64,000 bases of DNA, taken from positions 49,848,001 through 49,912,000 of the forward strand of contig NW_025963779.1 in assembly GCF_023055435.1 (NCBI RefSeq), read 5' to 3'. Positions 23,193 through 37,500 of the stretch are shown piece after piece. Every line of letters begins with the position of its first letter. Positions within the stretch are counted from its first letter, which is position 1. The translations under genes and the position numbers were made by a program. Source of the stretch: Haliotis rufescens. Taxonomy: Eukaryota. Below the pieces are notes generated by a model. It ran no database searches. It was not told the origin of the DNA and worked only from the letters and a program-made list of their open reading frames with translations.

Positions 23193-26100
23193 TCAGTTCT
23201 CATAATCGTCATCAACTGGTTCCTGCTTTACTTCTACAATAAAATCTTCATCTTTCCCATTATTTTCAGTGAGCATATTCTTATCAGGGGAACTAGCACG
23301 CGACACATCTTTCTCCGAACCATCTGAGTCAACAGGGCTGGTCATGGTCTGCTGTATCTGGGGGGGAACATAGATCCTCTCTTGCAAGTTCTCTGGTGTT
23401 TCAGTATCAGGATCTTCAGTACTGGATGTGTGGCCAGCTGTCATCTGTCCATCTTTGTCTTCTGTGTCCTTGCTAGGTGTCATTTCAGATGCACTATAAT
23501 CATTGGAGGTGTCGGGGTCCCACATACTTTCAGTTTTAATGCTGACACTATCAGACTCCGATTCGCCTGCATCTGATGTGGGTGGTCTGAGAAAATATAA
23601 ATTTTTGGGATCTCTTTCAGGATGACTCGTTTGAACATGTCTTCTCAAATGTCTATCAAGAAAATAGAACTTTTCACAGAAGTAACACCTGTAAACGCGC
23701 CTCCCAGTGTTATCTCTTTCTGCTTCCACTGCACGACCATCATTTAATGTAGAGGTAGGCATCAATAAGACATTCATGTCAATATCCATTTCTTTTGGGT
23801 GAGAACTTCTGACATGTCTTCTTAAGTGCTGAGATGTGCCATAAGCTTTGTCACAGAAATAACAGCCATAGGGTCTCTCACCTTTATGCAACTTCATGTG
23901 AGAGTGTAAAAGTTTGGATGTGGCAAATTCTTCCAGGCAGACAATGCACCGGAAGTTTTGCTCTCTCTTGCCATGGATCTGCATATGACTTCTAAGATGA
24001 GATGCCTGCAGAAAAGACTTGCCACAATCTTGACACATGAATGGCCTTGCCCCAGTGTGACATTTAATGTGAGTTGCTAGAGCATATGGTGTTGAACATA
24101 TTCTGCCACAAAAGGGACATTTCAGATCCACAGCAACAAGCTCTTCAGAATTTGATCCTTCGTTGTCCTGTTCCTGGTCATTCTCTCTGGTCTCTCCAAA
24201 CTCATCTGTCATTTGATCATCACTTTCAACAGGTTCCTTTTTGATCAAAGGCAACTCTTCCCCCATCTCTTCAACAGGGGTCATCTCTTCCTCAATAAGC
24301 TTTTTCATGCCAGAACCCTTTGATGTTCGATTTGATGTACGGGTCCTAGAAGAAGATGGGTTTCCTCTTGCCTGAGCTAATAGTTTCCCTGATGGAGTTT
24401 TCTTCAGTGGAGAAAACGAAATGGTGCAATCGTTTGGATCTGCAGGAATAAATTCTTCAGGATGCTTATTTGCATTTTCCTCCATCTCTTTCTCCTTTTT
24501 CTCATGCATTTTGATATGATTCTTCAAGTTGTTACTTTTGATAAAGCCTTTTCCGCAGAGATGGCAGACATGAGGCCTTTCACCAGTGTGCAACTTGACA
24601 TGGTTACGGAGGGTTGTCGCAAACTGAAAAGCCTTCCCGCATATTGTGCATGGAAAGTCCCTCTGTCCAGTGTGTATCTTGATGTGCATGGATACATGTC
24701 CTCTCTGAGTGAAGGACTTTCCACAAATTCCACAAGTGAATGGCTTTTCCCCTGTATGAATACGTATATGAGCCCTAAGATCAGACTTACTGTGGAACTT
24801 CCGACTACAAAACTCGCATTCATTCTTCTTTTCCAAGGCTGGACGATCATGACACTTTCTCATGTGTGTATCATAGAGTGCACTTTTGCTTCTAAAGGTC
24901 TCTTTACAATATTTGCACTCATACAGCCTCTTGCCATTCTCATCAACTGGAAAAGACATCTTTGAAGAATCTTCATCAACATTGTCACCCTCAGTAGGAT
25001 CACCATCAGCAACATCCGGCAACATATCTCCATGCAATTTCTTGTGTTTGGATAGTGTTGCCCTGTGAGAAAATTCAGCACCACACACCCCACACTTGTA
25101 GTTTTCCGGGCTTGTGTTACCAGAGCATGTTGTGGTTCTCAGGTGATCATTCAGCATCACCTTGGAGAAGAATACCAGGCCACAAGTACTGCAGAGAAAC
25201 ACCTTGTCCTTCTTCCTAACTATAGCTTCACATGTCTTCCTCATATGTTTTGCAAGTGACTGCTTGTGGTGAAAGAGCATTCCACATCCAGTACAAAACA
25301 GATTCAACTCTTCAGTTTTCACTTCAATTTCCCCTTTACAATATTTCTGTTTGTGGATTTTTAATGAACCTGAAAGTGAATATTTCCGGTTACATTGATC
25401 ACATTCATACAACTGTGCCTTCTTCTCATTTACTTCATCCACTGACAGTGGAGGATTACTTTCAACTTTCCTCTCATGTAGGCGTTTGTGTTTGGTGAGG
25501 GTGTAGATATCCCGGAATCCCTTCAAGCATACATCACACTTGAAAGGTTCTTCCCCAGTGTGCAGATATCTGTGTTTCTTCAGCGCTCCAGCTCTTGAGA
25601 AGGATGACTCACAAAAGTCACATTTAAACCGCTTGTTTGTCTGATGGACCATCAGATGTTTTCGGAGGTAATCCCTAGCTTTGAATGCTTTGTTGCACAA
25701 AAAACATTCATGTATTTTGTCAACTACATGTACACATTTTTTGTGTGTTCGAAGCAGACCCATTTTGACAAATGTTTTACCACATAGATCACATTCAAAA
25801 AGTTTGTTTTCAGTGTGGTATTTTCGGTGCATTGAAAAAGACGAGTTATCTCTGAATCTTTTGCCACAGAGGAGACAGAGAAATGGCTTTTCCCCTGTGT
25901 GCACCCTAGTGTGTCTGTTCAAATTCATATTGGAGCTGAATGACTTTTCACAGTACCTACATGCAAAAGGCTTCTCTGAAGAATGCATGGACAAGATGTG
26001 AGCTTTCAGCCTGAAGGGTTTGAGGAATCTTTTGTCACATTGGTCACACTTGTATCTCAGGTCTCCTTTGTGCTTGCGAACGTGGTAGTTGAGTGTGCTA

Positions 26101-29100
26101 GAATGAGCAAAGGACTTAGCACAGATAGGACATACAAACTTTTTTGGAAGTCTGTGGCTGGACATGTGACCTCTCAGGGACAAAGGTGTTGCAAAAGCTA
26201 CTGGACACAGTCGACACTGATATGGAGTTTCACTGTTGGGTGCAACAGGAGTTTCTTCCGGATTGTATCCTGGAGAGAAAACAGAATATATGAGGTAAAA
26301 TTTTCTTGAACCTACCTATTTGTATAAACACTAGAAAAATTTCCTATTTAAACTAGACATGTTTACATTACATAAAACACCATCTACATACAATATCTCT
26401 ATTCATATTGATAATGAAGTAGTTCAATTAACATGATTGTAAAAATCAGCCTTGCACAGTTTAATAACATTGTTTTGATCTATACTCCAGTAAGGTTTAA
26501 ATTAGCAGGTGCAATCAATAAGGGAGTGAAAATGGCTTTTTCTGCTACACAAAGAGCAACATGACTTCAGCAAGTATATTATCAAGTGTGGACCAGAAAA
26601 ATATGTGTTTGATAGTATTAGTACGAGTCCATGTGCAATATCCACATGGTTAAAGAATACATGTCAGACACCTGCAATGTTTTCACCAACACACAAATAT
26701 TGCGTATTTGATGTAATGTGCCATGACAATTACTTCCATATAAATCAAATGCCAGTATTGATCTCATTCATATATAATTTATTCAGAAAAAGGCATAGAA
26801 ATACAATATCATGAGCTGAAATATTGACAGAAGTAACGCAAAACCTTCAACCATAAACTTATTTTTGCTTCACCAATGTTATGGGCGAGGTAAAATAGGG
26901 TTAAAATTGTGTTCCAAGATTATTTCACTTCCATAGCAACTTTCATGAATGTGTATGTGTGGCTGCTTGTGCTAGTCCTGACCTATGATGGTATTTTAGG
27001 GCTAGCCCACTGAAATACCATGCCTCAGTTTCACATGGATACACCACTCAGACACATTATACTGACTCCAAGTAATTAAAAAAAATACAACTTAAAACAT
27101 TATATAATAAATTGTAAACTTTTCCTATCTCACACTATGCATTTCTTCTTTCTTCAATCCTATGTGGAAAGGTGCTTGAACAGAGTTTCCAGCGTCTAAA
27201 AAACATTTCAGACCAGCATCCCAGCATCACCATGGTCACATTTTCCAAAACACTGCATTGTGTCGTAAAGACAATAACTCGTGAGCGGGAAAACACAAAA
27301 AACTGGTGATACGATCCCGATACGTTAGTTAGGGTAGGTGGAACCCTGCTTGTTCATGTACAAGACGACAGAGAGATTGTCCGACTGGATTATGAGGTAT
27401 GAGTCACGAAGGAGCTCTGACCAATAAGACACTGCCAGGATGACTGCCTTGAACTTGAGTTTGTTGATGTGAAGTCGCTTCTAGATGGACAAACGCCCTG
27501 CTACCTGTAGATCGTGGAAGTGCGCTCCCAGGCCCAAGCTCGATGCGTCAACAAAGAGGTGTAGGTTCAGGATGAATGGAGGCAAAGAGACTTCATCGCA
27601 AACATTTGATGTTACCAGCCACCACTGAAGGTGCAGACGCAGAGGAAATGGTAGGGAGATCTTCATGAAGGGCTTGAGGAAGCACTGGATTGCCTGAAGG
27701 TGAAGTTGAAAGTGAGAGCTTGCGCTGAAGTGAGAAGGCTGAGGATCTGTTGCCATTGACGTAGAAGGAGCGTTTGTGTGCCCAAGGCAAGTGATCTTTG
27801 GATCTTTGATCATTGATCCAGAGGAACAATCATCTTGCCCAGGCGGGTGTTGAAAAGGGCTCCCATAAACTGGGTGGGGACAAGGGGATGAAGAAATTCC
27901 AAACAGCAGCACCTCAGCGGTGCTCCCAATGTATGGAAACATGAAGGTACGCGTCCTGTAAGTTGAGACTGACCATAAAATCTCCAGGACGAATGATTGT
28001 CTGAAGAAGAACAATTGATGTCATGTGGCAGGTCCTCCAGGTGTAACGTGTTAAATGCCTTCATGTTGAAAATGAGCCGAAGCTTGAGACTGTCTTTCTA
28101 CGAGATGAGAAATATTGACAAGAGGAACCCTGAAATTGAGGGAACCGGACCGAGACATTCTATAGCACATCTTGTAAGCAACATGCCTGTGGTTTCCTCG
28201 AAGAACGGAAGCTGGCTGGCTGGACACTGGCAGTGATATATTGCAAACGTCATCTGTGGAGCAGTCAGGGGCCATCGGTAACCAGTCTGTAGCATGAGCA
28301 GTGAGCAAGAAGGGATCGTCCAAGATGGCCCAATTACCAGCAAAGAGTCTTCCTTCACTGGTGTGTCGATAAAGGGTACAACTTGAAGTTCCCAGTCTTC
28401 CCGAAGCTGAGGCAAGTCACTTGTTAGATGAGTTGCCTGCTCTGGCAGACTTGCTGATGTTCTTGGGGCAAGAGAACGACACAGTACGTCTGGAGGAGGA
28501 CTCACTGTCTCTCACGGCCTAGTCCACAGCCACAGGAGCTTGAATATCCACTAGGGGTGTCACGATAAATCGAAATATTGCTATTGGTGAGCACTTAAAA
28601 ATTGTATCGATTTCAGTTAGAAATAACGATAGTTTCAACTGTATTTACCATATCAATAAAATACATGCAAATGCTGTTCAAATTTGTTTTTCTTTTGATC
28701 ATGAGTGGTAGTAATTTACACATGGTAATGTCGAAGTTTCTTTTTCTTAACTTATTAGGGTAAAGACAAAACAAATCTGTCATATCTCAAACTTTACTCT
28801 TTTCTTTTGTTATGGTTCAAAGGAAACTTCAGTTCCAAGGTTTAATTCAACTTTAAAATCCATTTAAAATGATACACTGAAAACTATCTATATTTATCGC
28901 AATAGTTGCCTGCAATATCAATAGTAATCGCAATAGTTATTTCCAGACCAATAGTCACCCCTAACATCCACTGAGAACTTTACGGAGGTCCTGTAGGGCA
29001 GGAACAAAGTGCGGGCAGGAACAAAGTGGGGGCGCAGACGCTCTACCTTCTGTTGGTTTTCTAAGTGCTGTCACTGTAGACACAGGAGACACAGGAGACA

Positions 29101-32100
29101 GACCGACACCTGAAGACTGTACCCCGCTGAACATTTTTCTGTGCAACGTCCTAAATGAGGTCCGCAAAGGGATTCTGAGATGACAAGGGGAGCTGGTACA
29201 AACCGGCTTAGAAAGGATCATCTTCATGGCAATGTTGAAGAACGTCCCTGCATTGTAAGGCCGTGACCGAACCTGTGTGACATGGGATGAGGTCGAAGAC
29301 AGCCTTGATCTTATCCTGAATCAAAAGTACCTATACAGTACTAGAGCAGCGTCAGCGGGTTCAAAACACGATGCAGGGGTTGTTGATGATCCTTATCTTT
29401 GTCAGCAGGTGCATGATCCACAATCTCTGGAAACGGGACAGCTGTACCAGAAGGAGCAGACAGTGTGGGATTCGGAGTGGAAGTCGATTTATCTAGCTCA
29501 TTACTCCTCCGAACCAAAGTAGAAGGTGAACCCTGATGACCAGTAGCAGCGGATCTTTGTTAGTCACCATCAACAGAGGAGCGCTGTCATCTGTAGGCGA
29601 AGAGGAGCTATCATCAGCCTCTGGAACGACTTGTGAGGGAGCGTGAGACGCAAGGCTGCTGGTAGAAGACCTTCAACCAAAGGTGTGGACCAAAGATGTA
29701 GACGATGGTCAATGTAGACGATGCAGTGAGAGACCCTTGCAAACGTCAGTAGAAATCAGCGGGCTGATGAAGACAAGGCCCCGGGGTTCTTCAGCAACAG
29801 ACTGTTGAGGCGGTAAGATAGCAACATCTTCTGAAAGGAAGCTGTCTGAAACATCATCGGCCACCAAGAGGGCAGACGGAAGGTTCCGGAGGCGCTGCCA
29901 CTGTATGGATGGGACAGTCTTGACTTCTTTGACTACTTGGTAGACGATATGTGCTTGACGGTGTCCTTTGATTTCTTGTTGGAGTCCTTCGACTTTCACA
30001 GTGATCCACCTCGAGTTAATGTAACTTGTGAAGATATACACTGAATGATTCCTCCGAAAGATGATTTATTAATAAGCACCTCTTGTCACAAGTACTATGG
30101 CCACGGCAATCACAGCATAATTGTGAGGGTTCAATGTCGAAAAAGTATGCCGGCACTTCACAGACAGGCCGGGCAAAGAGGATATTTCTTGCTCATATTC
30201 ACAGATGTAATCACCATGTAAATCACCATGATGTAGGGAAATCAGTTAAACATATATACATATTCTCTAACAATGACAGTACATGTCTCCACTGTGGCGA
30301 TGTGACCATGGTGATGCTGGGATGTGTTTGGGTGAATCATTTTTCTGAGGTTGGAAACTCTGTTCAAGCATGTTTCCACATAGGATTGAAGAAGAAAGAA
30401 GAAATGCATAGTGTGAGATAGGATAAGTTTAAAATATTATGGGTAAAGAACATATAAATAACAGATTAACACCCGCATGACAAAAGACATATTTTTCGGT
30501 ACTTCATACCTGGCATAGCTGCAAATTCCAGCTTCCCAGTATTCAAGTGTCCCTGCTCAGAAGGGGTTTCCCCTTCTCCAAACACATTCATACCTGGAAA
30601 TATACAATGATAAACAAGATGAATATGTATTCATCATTCGTTAACATGTCTCAACAAATCCATATCAGAGATGTCACATATACTAACAAGAGTTTGCCAC
30701 TAACGTGGCTATATCCCCCGCCCCTGTTGCAGAATTTATGGCATAATTAAATCTAAACAAACCCTAACCTTTTTTAACCGAGGCCGAACTTGTCATGGAA
30801 ATTGCAAAAAAAGGAAGAGTTTGGAACCTAAGTCCATCTTGTTGCCTTGGAAACGTAAAAAATAAAAGAATTTAAAACTTCTAAATAGCAAAAGGCACCA
30901 GTTCAGCATGTACTGACAAACCTGCAAAGTTTCATGAAAAATATTGATTGGTTTATGAGTTATGCTCCGGAAACGAACCCTACCCTCACAGAACCTAAGT
31001 CCTTCTTGTTGCCATGGAAACGTAAAAAATAAAAATTTCTAAAATTTCTTAATATCAAAAGGCACCAGTTCAGCATGTACTTGACAGACGTGCAAAGTTT
31101 CATGAAAAAATACTGAACTTTGTTGGGCGGGGGATAATAATGAGGTTCTTTCCTTTATCCATAAATAACATAGACAAGCAATTGTCAAATATTTTGTAAG
31201 TATATATCAGTAGCTTTACAAAAGAAATACATACAAACTGTGATCACTTAGTTTGTGTTTGTTTGGAGACAGGAATGAATTCAGTCATGTCCACAACTCC
31301 AGGTTCATGATGATAGTGATGTAAATGACAGATACCTTAGTACTATCAGCGAGACCTCAGCATGCTATGACTTGCTACATCAGTTATGTTTCACATGTCT
31401 TACATTATTATATAATTTTGCAGCAAACTCAGCCCAATCTCATTTCAGATCTTACTTCTTGCTACCGCAAAACGAAGACCTGAGGACATCCCGTTTTGAG
31501 TCACATCAGAACAACCTTTCATGCAATCAATAAGAACGTCGCTTACCAGATCAGGAAAGTGACAGTCAGAATGTATTTTCTTATCATGCAAACTCAAAAG
31601 TGAGTATTCTGAAAGAAGTTGGCTTTAGGAAGTAATTTGTCAAAATTATTGTCTGTGTCTCGCTTCTGTATTGGATAAACATTTCAACAGAAGAATCATA
31701 CAATCTAGGCCATCTATTAGGCTTTCCAGTATGTTCTTTTGTTCCCTTTTCAAATTTTTAAATGATAACTTAAAATATTTTTCAAAGAGTAGTCTGGAAG
31801 GGATGTTGCCAGTTTGAAACTCGTGCCGAAAAGCTTGAGAAAATTGCAGTCTGGCTGGCTGATGTCAACTTCTTGTTAGTCATTTCATTGATTGGTCAAG
31901 GTTTGCGAAAGGTCGTTCTGGCATGACCTGTAATGGGATGTCCTCAGGTCTTTGTTTTGCGGTAGAAACTAAGATCTTATTTTAATGGGATTGTGAAAGG
32001 GCCAATTAGGAGACACAAATGCCCACATTCATAGCCCAAGTCTGTGAAGGATCCTACTCGAATGAGCTGTAACAAAATCAAAGTCCAAACTTCAGTAAAA

Positions 32101-33095
32101 CTGGCAATAACTAACCTGAATGTTCATCACCAAAGAAAGGTGGCTCTGTATTTGATGATTCAGAGATGGTGGGATTAGGTGAGGGGGATTGCCCAGTGTG
32201 CTTGGACTGCAACCGAATCAGCCCAAGTAGTTTGCTGGTTTTCATTGCTGGGGTCATTTGTTTCTTCATCTTCATCTTCCGTCTCTTGAGGTCTTGAAGG
32301 TAGTTGAATGGTGTGTCTTGTCCCGCGGCAAGAGGAAAGGCCGGGTTATCGGAATCTTGACTTTGGCTTTCCCCAGTACCAGACTCTGACTCAGAAGCTG
32401 TGGATGATGCTGAAAAAAAACAAAAGGAAAAGAAGATAAAACTGTCCATAATTATGATCATATCTGAACCACTGATTACATCTGTCAGAGTATGTTGACA
32501 TGCAATCAATTACATCCCACCTTGTCACCTTAACTACTAATCTCAATGTTGAAACATCTAACAAAACATTTGCAATCAACCTCTAACATGTTTACTATTG
32601 ATACTGATTAAAATGATTACGAGTGCCAGGGATTTATCTAGGATTCGACACCAAGTGCCATACAAATTGGGAAAACAATCATGATATAACTGAAAATTTT
32701 ATTTGTTTTAATGTTCTTATTTTTATAAGTTCTAATAAATTGGGAATTTCTACTGTCATTTGCTGCAGACTTATGGCCAAATATAGGCCTCTCAGCGGGC
32801 CTAGATAAATCCCTGAGTGCGTAAGAAGAAATAGATTCTCAACAGCTTTAGTCATTCGATATCACCAACACCAAATTCTAAAAGAGTGAGTCAGTTTGGA
32901 TTGATGCCACTTTGGACAGTATTTCAGGGTGTCAACTTGATGTATGAGGAAAGCCTGAAGTGATACCAAATTCTGAAAGTTGAGACACTGTATACATGGC
33001 ATATCACTGATAAGGTACATCAATTACATACCCTGACCATTTTCCACACTATCTTCTTCAGATGCCAGATCTGTTTGAGTACCTGCCTCAGCCAT
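23193..33095 (-). CDS. Multi-C2H2 zinc-finger protein (~1172 aa, 23 fingers)
   Basis: Exons 33095-33032 (ATG preceded by an in-frame TGA; MAEAGTQTD..), 32409-32116, 30593-30510 and 26269-23193, all phase 1, total 3519 nt. The last exon contains the 996-aa ORF with Cx2C-x12-Hx3H fingers and HTGEKPF/HTGERPH linkers. Confidence 0.92.
27114..30430 (-). mobile_element. Degenerate, internally deleted DIRS-like retrotransposon
   Basis: ~130-bp inverted terminal repeats at 27114-27241 and 30300-30430 (cctatctcacactatgcatttcttctttcttcaatcctatgtggaaa). Minus-strand RNase H-like remnant LHLFVDASSLGLGAH at ~27500-27570. Many stops. Confidence 0.7.
28552..28963. mobile_element. hAT-like MITE nested in the DIRS remnant
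   Basis: Ends TAGGGGTG..CACCCCTA; 8-bp TSD atatccac / acatccac (1 mismatch); AT-rich interior inside GC-richer retroelement sequence. Confidence 0.8.
30684..31140 (+). mobile_element. Helentron-associated (HINE-like) element with ~165-bp internal direct repeats
   Basis: Starts aacaagag; inverted motif atcccccgccc (30713) / gggcgggggat (31125); two core copies gaacctaagtcc..ggaaacgtaaaaaataaaa..aaaaggcaccagttcagcatgtac..gcaaagtttcatgaaaaa. Confidence 0.6.
31435..31993. mobile_element. Older copy of the 3303-3800 MITE
   Basis: Same TIRs (caatctcatt..gaggacatccc / gggatgtcctc..aatgggattg) and a colinear, more diverged interior. Confidence 0.85.
32627..32815. mobile_element. MITE with perfect 16-bp TIR and 5-bp TSD (hAT5-like)
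   Basis: cagggatttatctagg ... cctagataaatccctg, flanked by agtgc on both sides. Confidence 0.8.
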
Positions 33096-33281
33096 TGTTC
33101 AAAGAATCTGTAAAATACAAGCCATGTATTGGAAATTATATATGATGAAAACATTTAAAAATTACATGATATAGATACAACTCAAATATATAAGTCTGTC
33201 AACATTCAACCTTTATTTTTCTTTTAATCAGGATGGTTCCATGATTGGCAATGGCATAGTTTCCAATTCATACATCATGTA

Positions 33282-34139
33282 CCGTATATTGCTGTGTATA
33301 AGGCGACCCAACGTATAAGACAACCCCCTGTACACACCTTCAAAATCAACCCAAAATCCTATACTCCATGTATAAGGCGACCTGGAATGAAGCACATCAC
33401 AAGTGCGCACACAAACCTTATATATGCAATAAAAATATGTTTATCTTGCGTTGTTTTTTCTACGATGATTGGTCGTGTATGTAACTCCAGCACATGTTGC
33501 CATTTTGTGTTTACACGGTACGACCCCAAATTTGTGCCCATAAAATAAAATTCATTTATGAAGTAATAAGATATAAGAGACAATGGTGAGTAATTTAATC
33601 GCCAATTAACTATGTTGTAACTAACTATGCTTATGTTTTTATGTTTGCTTCGCATTCAGCATGTTTGTTCCACAATCACTTATACACACCGTCTCCAACA
33701 GTTGTTAATACAACTGTAAAAACAGCGGGAATTGATTTCAGCTTCACCGGTTATCACGTTAGGTCACATGTGCAATATGCAAATGCTTACCGGTACTTCC
33801 GGCTCTCTACTCATGGATGTTGATTGTTTTACCGTGTCAGCTGGTTTGACAATCTACATCGAGGCGAGGGTCATTTCAACTTTATTTGCAGAAGTTATTA
33901 AACCTTATTCAAGGAAAAGAGATACAAGTCATGTTTATGTAAGGAAATAGTTATTGGAAAAGTTATTTAGAACGAAAAGCGAAGTTTTATTGTCAAATGC
34001 TGGGCTGGCTATGGGACGTCGGTTGACATCGCCAGTGGAAAAAAATGTGAGATCTTCGACTCCGTGTTTAAGACGACCCCCCTTCTTAACCCCCTCATTT
34101 TAGGTACGAAAAACTCGCCTTATACACAGGGATATACGG
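33282..34139. mobile_element. Non-autonomous Tc1/mariner (pogo/Tc2-like) element
   Basis: 25-bp TIR ccgtatattgctgtgtataaggcga / tcgccttatacacagggatatacgg; TA TSD; internal subterminal gtataag(g/a)cgacc motifs. Confidence 0.85.
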
Positions 34140-34267
34140 TATAACCTGTGACAAACAAGAGGCCTAGTTCACCCGACCAGGTACATAATAGTGCCAGGTC
34201 ATGGATTAGCTGGGGTTTCAAACTAAGAGTATTAATCCATGGTAGCAGGCAGCTAAGACAAAAATTA

Positions 34268-34531
34268 AACAAGGGCAAAAGTGAGCGTTGCTCACGAATA
34301 CCCCCGACCCGCCTAGTGTGTCAGTAGTTTCAAATTTAATAGCTAGGATAGGGTTTGGGTTTGAAAAATTCATTAAAAAAATGGAAAATTAATCAAAACA
34401 AAAAAAAATCTTTTCTTTTGACTGCACCCCTCCATATGACACAGATTATATGTACTAAGTTTGAGATGAATCCACTGAATAGTTTAAGAGAAATTGCGCA
34501 GACAAAGATTTCGGACGGTGGGGGGTATAAA
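34268..34531 (+). mobile_element. HINE-like element
   Basis: aacaaggg start; atacccccg / ggggggtat inverted motif; core tgtactaagtttgagatgaatcc..agagaaattgcgcagaca. Confidence 0.5.
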
Positions 34532-34540
34532 AAATGGAAA

Positions 34541-37500
34541 TTAAGTTAAATCTAAATAATTTTTACATTTGTATACTTATCCTGCATTACTCCTTAATGC
34601 ATTCACTGCTTACTTTACGACAACAAAAAGACAGCGCTCAGGGATGGTCTTGAGCGAAGAAATATAGATGTTTCTGCTTTTCACTCCTGCTTTTTGCATG
34701 GAAAACTGCCGCTGTCATGTGACCTTGATGACAAATCACCTTCCTCACATCACTGCCTGTTGTCCAAGCTTAATTACAAACGTTTTGAGGTTTCTGAAGC
34801 CAAATTGGGGAGGCAAGTCTGCACCGAGTGGGTCCTTAAAAATAGTAATGCAGGATAAGTATACAAATGTAAAAAATATTTAGATTTTACTTAACTTTTT
34901 ACTTATCCTGCATTACTCCTTAATGCATCTGTATCGGACGGTTTGGAGATAAGGGTACGAATAACCGTATCCTCGAACCACGCCTAGTTTTGGAAAGGCG
35001 GATGAAAACTTAAAGTGCTCACACTGGGAACAAGATAAGTTCACCCTCATCTTTATCTCCACAATTGTTGATATTGGTGGGATAGTGAAGGAACGATCGG
35101 GTTGGCCTGGTAGTTTTCTTTATAAAATCCCAGCACAAACGTTCAAATTGGACCAGGGTGATGTCGATTGTACGAGCTCGCTCACCCGTGCCGCCGTGGC
35201 TAAAGCCAAGAGATATATTGTTTTCTTGGTGAGGTCATAAAAAGAGGATGCATTGAGGGACTCGAAGGGGGGGGGCCTCGCAAACCTCAAAGTACCACGT
35301 TCCAAGTCCCAAGCAGGGGGACAGAGCTTGGCCTCCTGATCCTCAAGCCTAAATGAGCGTAGTAGGGCCTGTAGTTCCAGGACCTTGGTCATTTTGCCAA
35401 CACGACCAAAGCGGCCACCGAAGTATTAAGTGCTACCAAATACGTAGTAATGGTGCTTGTAAGTGTTTCTTGGTATGCAAATGTAGGAGGCATTCGGCTA
35501 AGAATTGTGGTGACGCTGTAGTGGGGTCTTCGGTTTTTTCCCTTGCAAAAAGTTTCAAACAATCCCCACTTGTCATTGTATAACCCTCTGGTAGAGGGCC
35601 GATGAGCGAAAGCTATAGATTTAGCTGCCCGTGCCAAATAGCACTTTGCACTTAACGCCTTTTTAAGACGAACCAAACGTGAAGACAAAACCTGTCTGGC
35701 ATTGGCTGAGGCAATTTGCTGTGAGGATGGATGAGTAGGTTGGGCCTCTGTGGGAGGGGTATTGGATCGTCTTCTGCTAGACTTCCGAGTTTGACGATCC
35801 ACCCTCACGCCGTCCACCAGGAGGCGACCAAAGTCACAGCAAGATTCCTGTCTTCTTGATCTTTTGTATCACCATGAGAAGTAGAACAAGTGGCAGAAAA
35901 GCATACACTTTCCAAGGGATGCTGAATGCATCCATCGCCCAAGCCTTGCGGATCAGGTAATGGGGAGACATACGCCATAATTTGGTGGTTTTGGCAAGTT
36001 GCAAACAGGTCAATGTTTGGTTGCCCGAACCTCTGAAGCACCAATGAAATGCCTCTCTGTGTGAAATTCCCACTCAGTGGGAGCCACCCTGTCTGCTCAG
36101 GACAAAACATCGGCCAATATGTTCCGACATCTGGGGATGTGCTGAACTATGAATTGTAGCTCCAGCCGCATCCAGTAGATGAAAGAATCTCAACGTCTGT
36201 TACAGAAGGGAGTGAGTGCGTTGTCTCTTGATTGCACGGGCACCACACCACTGTACTGTCGGTTGTGAGTTGGGTAGACTGTAGCTGCTCCTGTCAATGT
36301 TTCTCCTTTGAGATGGTCAGAATGAGCCCTTCCAAAACTCTAGACGTGCCAAATCTGTTGTGCCCATGGCCACAACCTGGCCATGTAAGCGAGCAACCCT
36401 GCTGGGAACCAATTACAAACAAGTGTAAATTTGAGGCTAGCCTGAATAAGGAGACGTTCGACTATCAACCACCAGTTGATGTCCTCACTTGAGATGGTAG
36501 ATTGCAAGCAGCATACAGGTCTTTGAGACAAATGTGTGCAAGTTTTGTAAAGGGTGAAAAAATCAACTTTGAGAACTTCTACTTGAATCGTACCTTGCAA
36601 GGACCGACTTGAAAAAAATGTTCGAAAACGAACCACTGCCAGCTCCCATGTAGACTAAATAAAAGCACTCATCAACCGATAACCAAGATACGAGTCCGTA
36701 CAAATGCTCCTGTTCTTATATCAAGGTGACAATGAAGGGAGGGGCCTTGTACTCTTGGTGTGCCTCTATATTGCGCATGTGGACACCAGCCTTCTACTGA
36801 AGATAGTGACTCGGTCACATTCACATACAGGATATGTGTCTGACCGAAGGTTGGAGCATTATGTACCAGTAAGCATGCCAACCATCCTGGTACAATGACC
36901 TTGCACCGCCTCCATTAGGTTAGCTGACCTGATTCCGGTGTTCATAGTCAAGGATCTTGACCCCTGATATTTAAATCACACTGCGTATGAACTCGAAGCC
37001 GTAAAATGCCGGAGGCGAGGTACGAGCTCCACACAACAGACTGTCCACAGTGAACTGTGTGGTAAACCGCCAAGTGGTGTTTCCGAGTTCTGTGCAGGAC
37101 ATGTGACTTGGCCAGTGTAGGTGCAAAATTGATCTCTCTGAAATTTGTGACACCTGGTGCTGCCTGTAAAATGATTCCCACAGATGGATACCCGGCAGCA
37201 TATAAATATTCTGTCCAATGTTCAATCTTGAAGGTGTGAAGTTCTTCAAGTTTGGTACAATTGTCTTCAAGACGCCCAATGAAACAAATTCATCGAGAGT
37301 GCTAACACCTCTCCTTGAAATGGTTTAACGTTGAACGTACCTCATTAAATGGGAGAATTGGCGGGAAAATTTATAGATCCCTCAGCATGAGACCAGTCGC
37401 TGTCGAGCGTTGAGGAAAAAAAGAACCTATGTTGTATGCAGGACATTTTTACCACAGTTGTAAGGGGTCTAGAAAATTGTCTTTGGTTTCACTTAGATCT

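Noticed and set aside
23193-26183. Single-exon gene starting at 26183, or a named ZNF ortholog
   Set aside because: 26183 is a TTG inside finger 1 and the frame extends to an acceptor at 26269. No diagnostic domain (KRAB, SET, BTB) supports a gene symbol.
32180-32300. Alternative acidic frame (QETEDEDEETNDPSNE) in the ZNF exon
   Set aside because: It ends in TAA within the exon and does not match the flanking phases; the modelled frame is open throughout.
35805-36110. Bacterial DNA methyltransferase or horizontal transfer
   Set aside because: This is the methyltransferase-like domain normally found after RNase H in DIRS elements.
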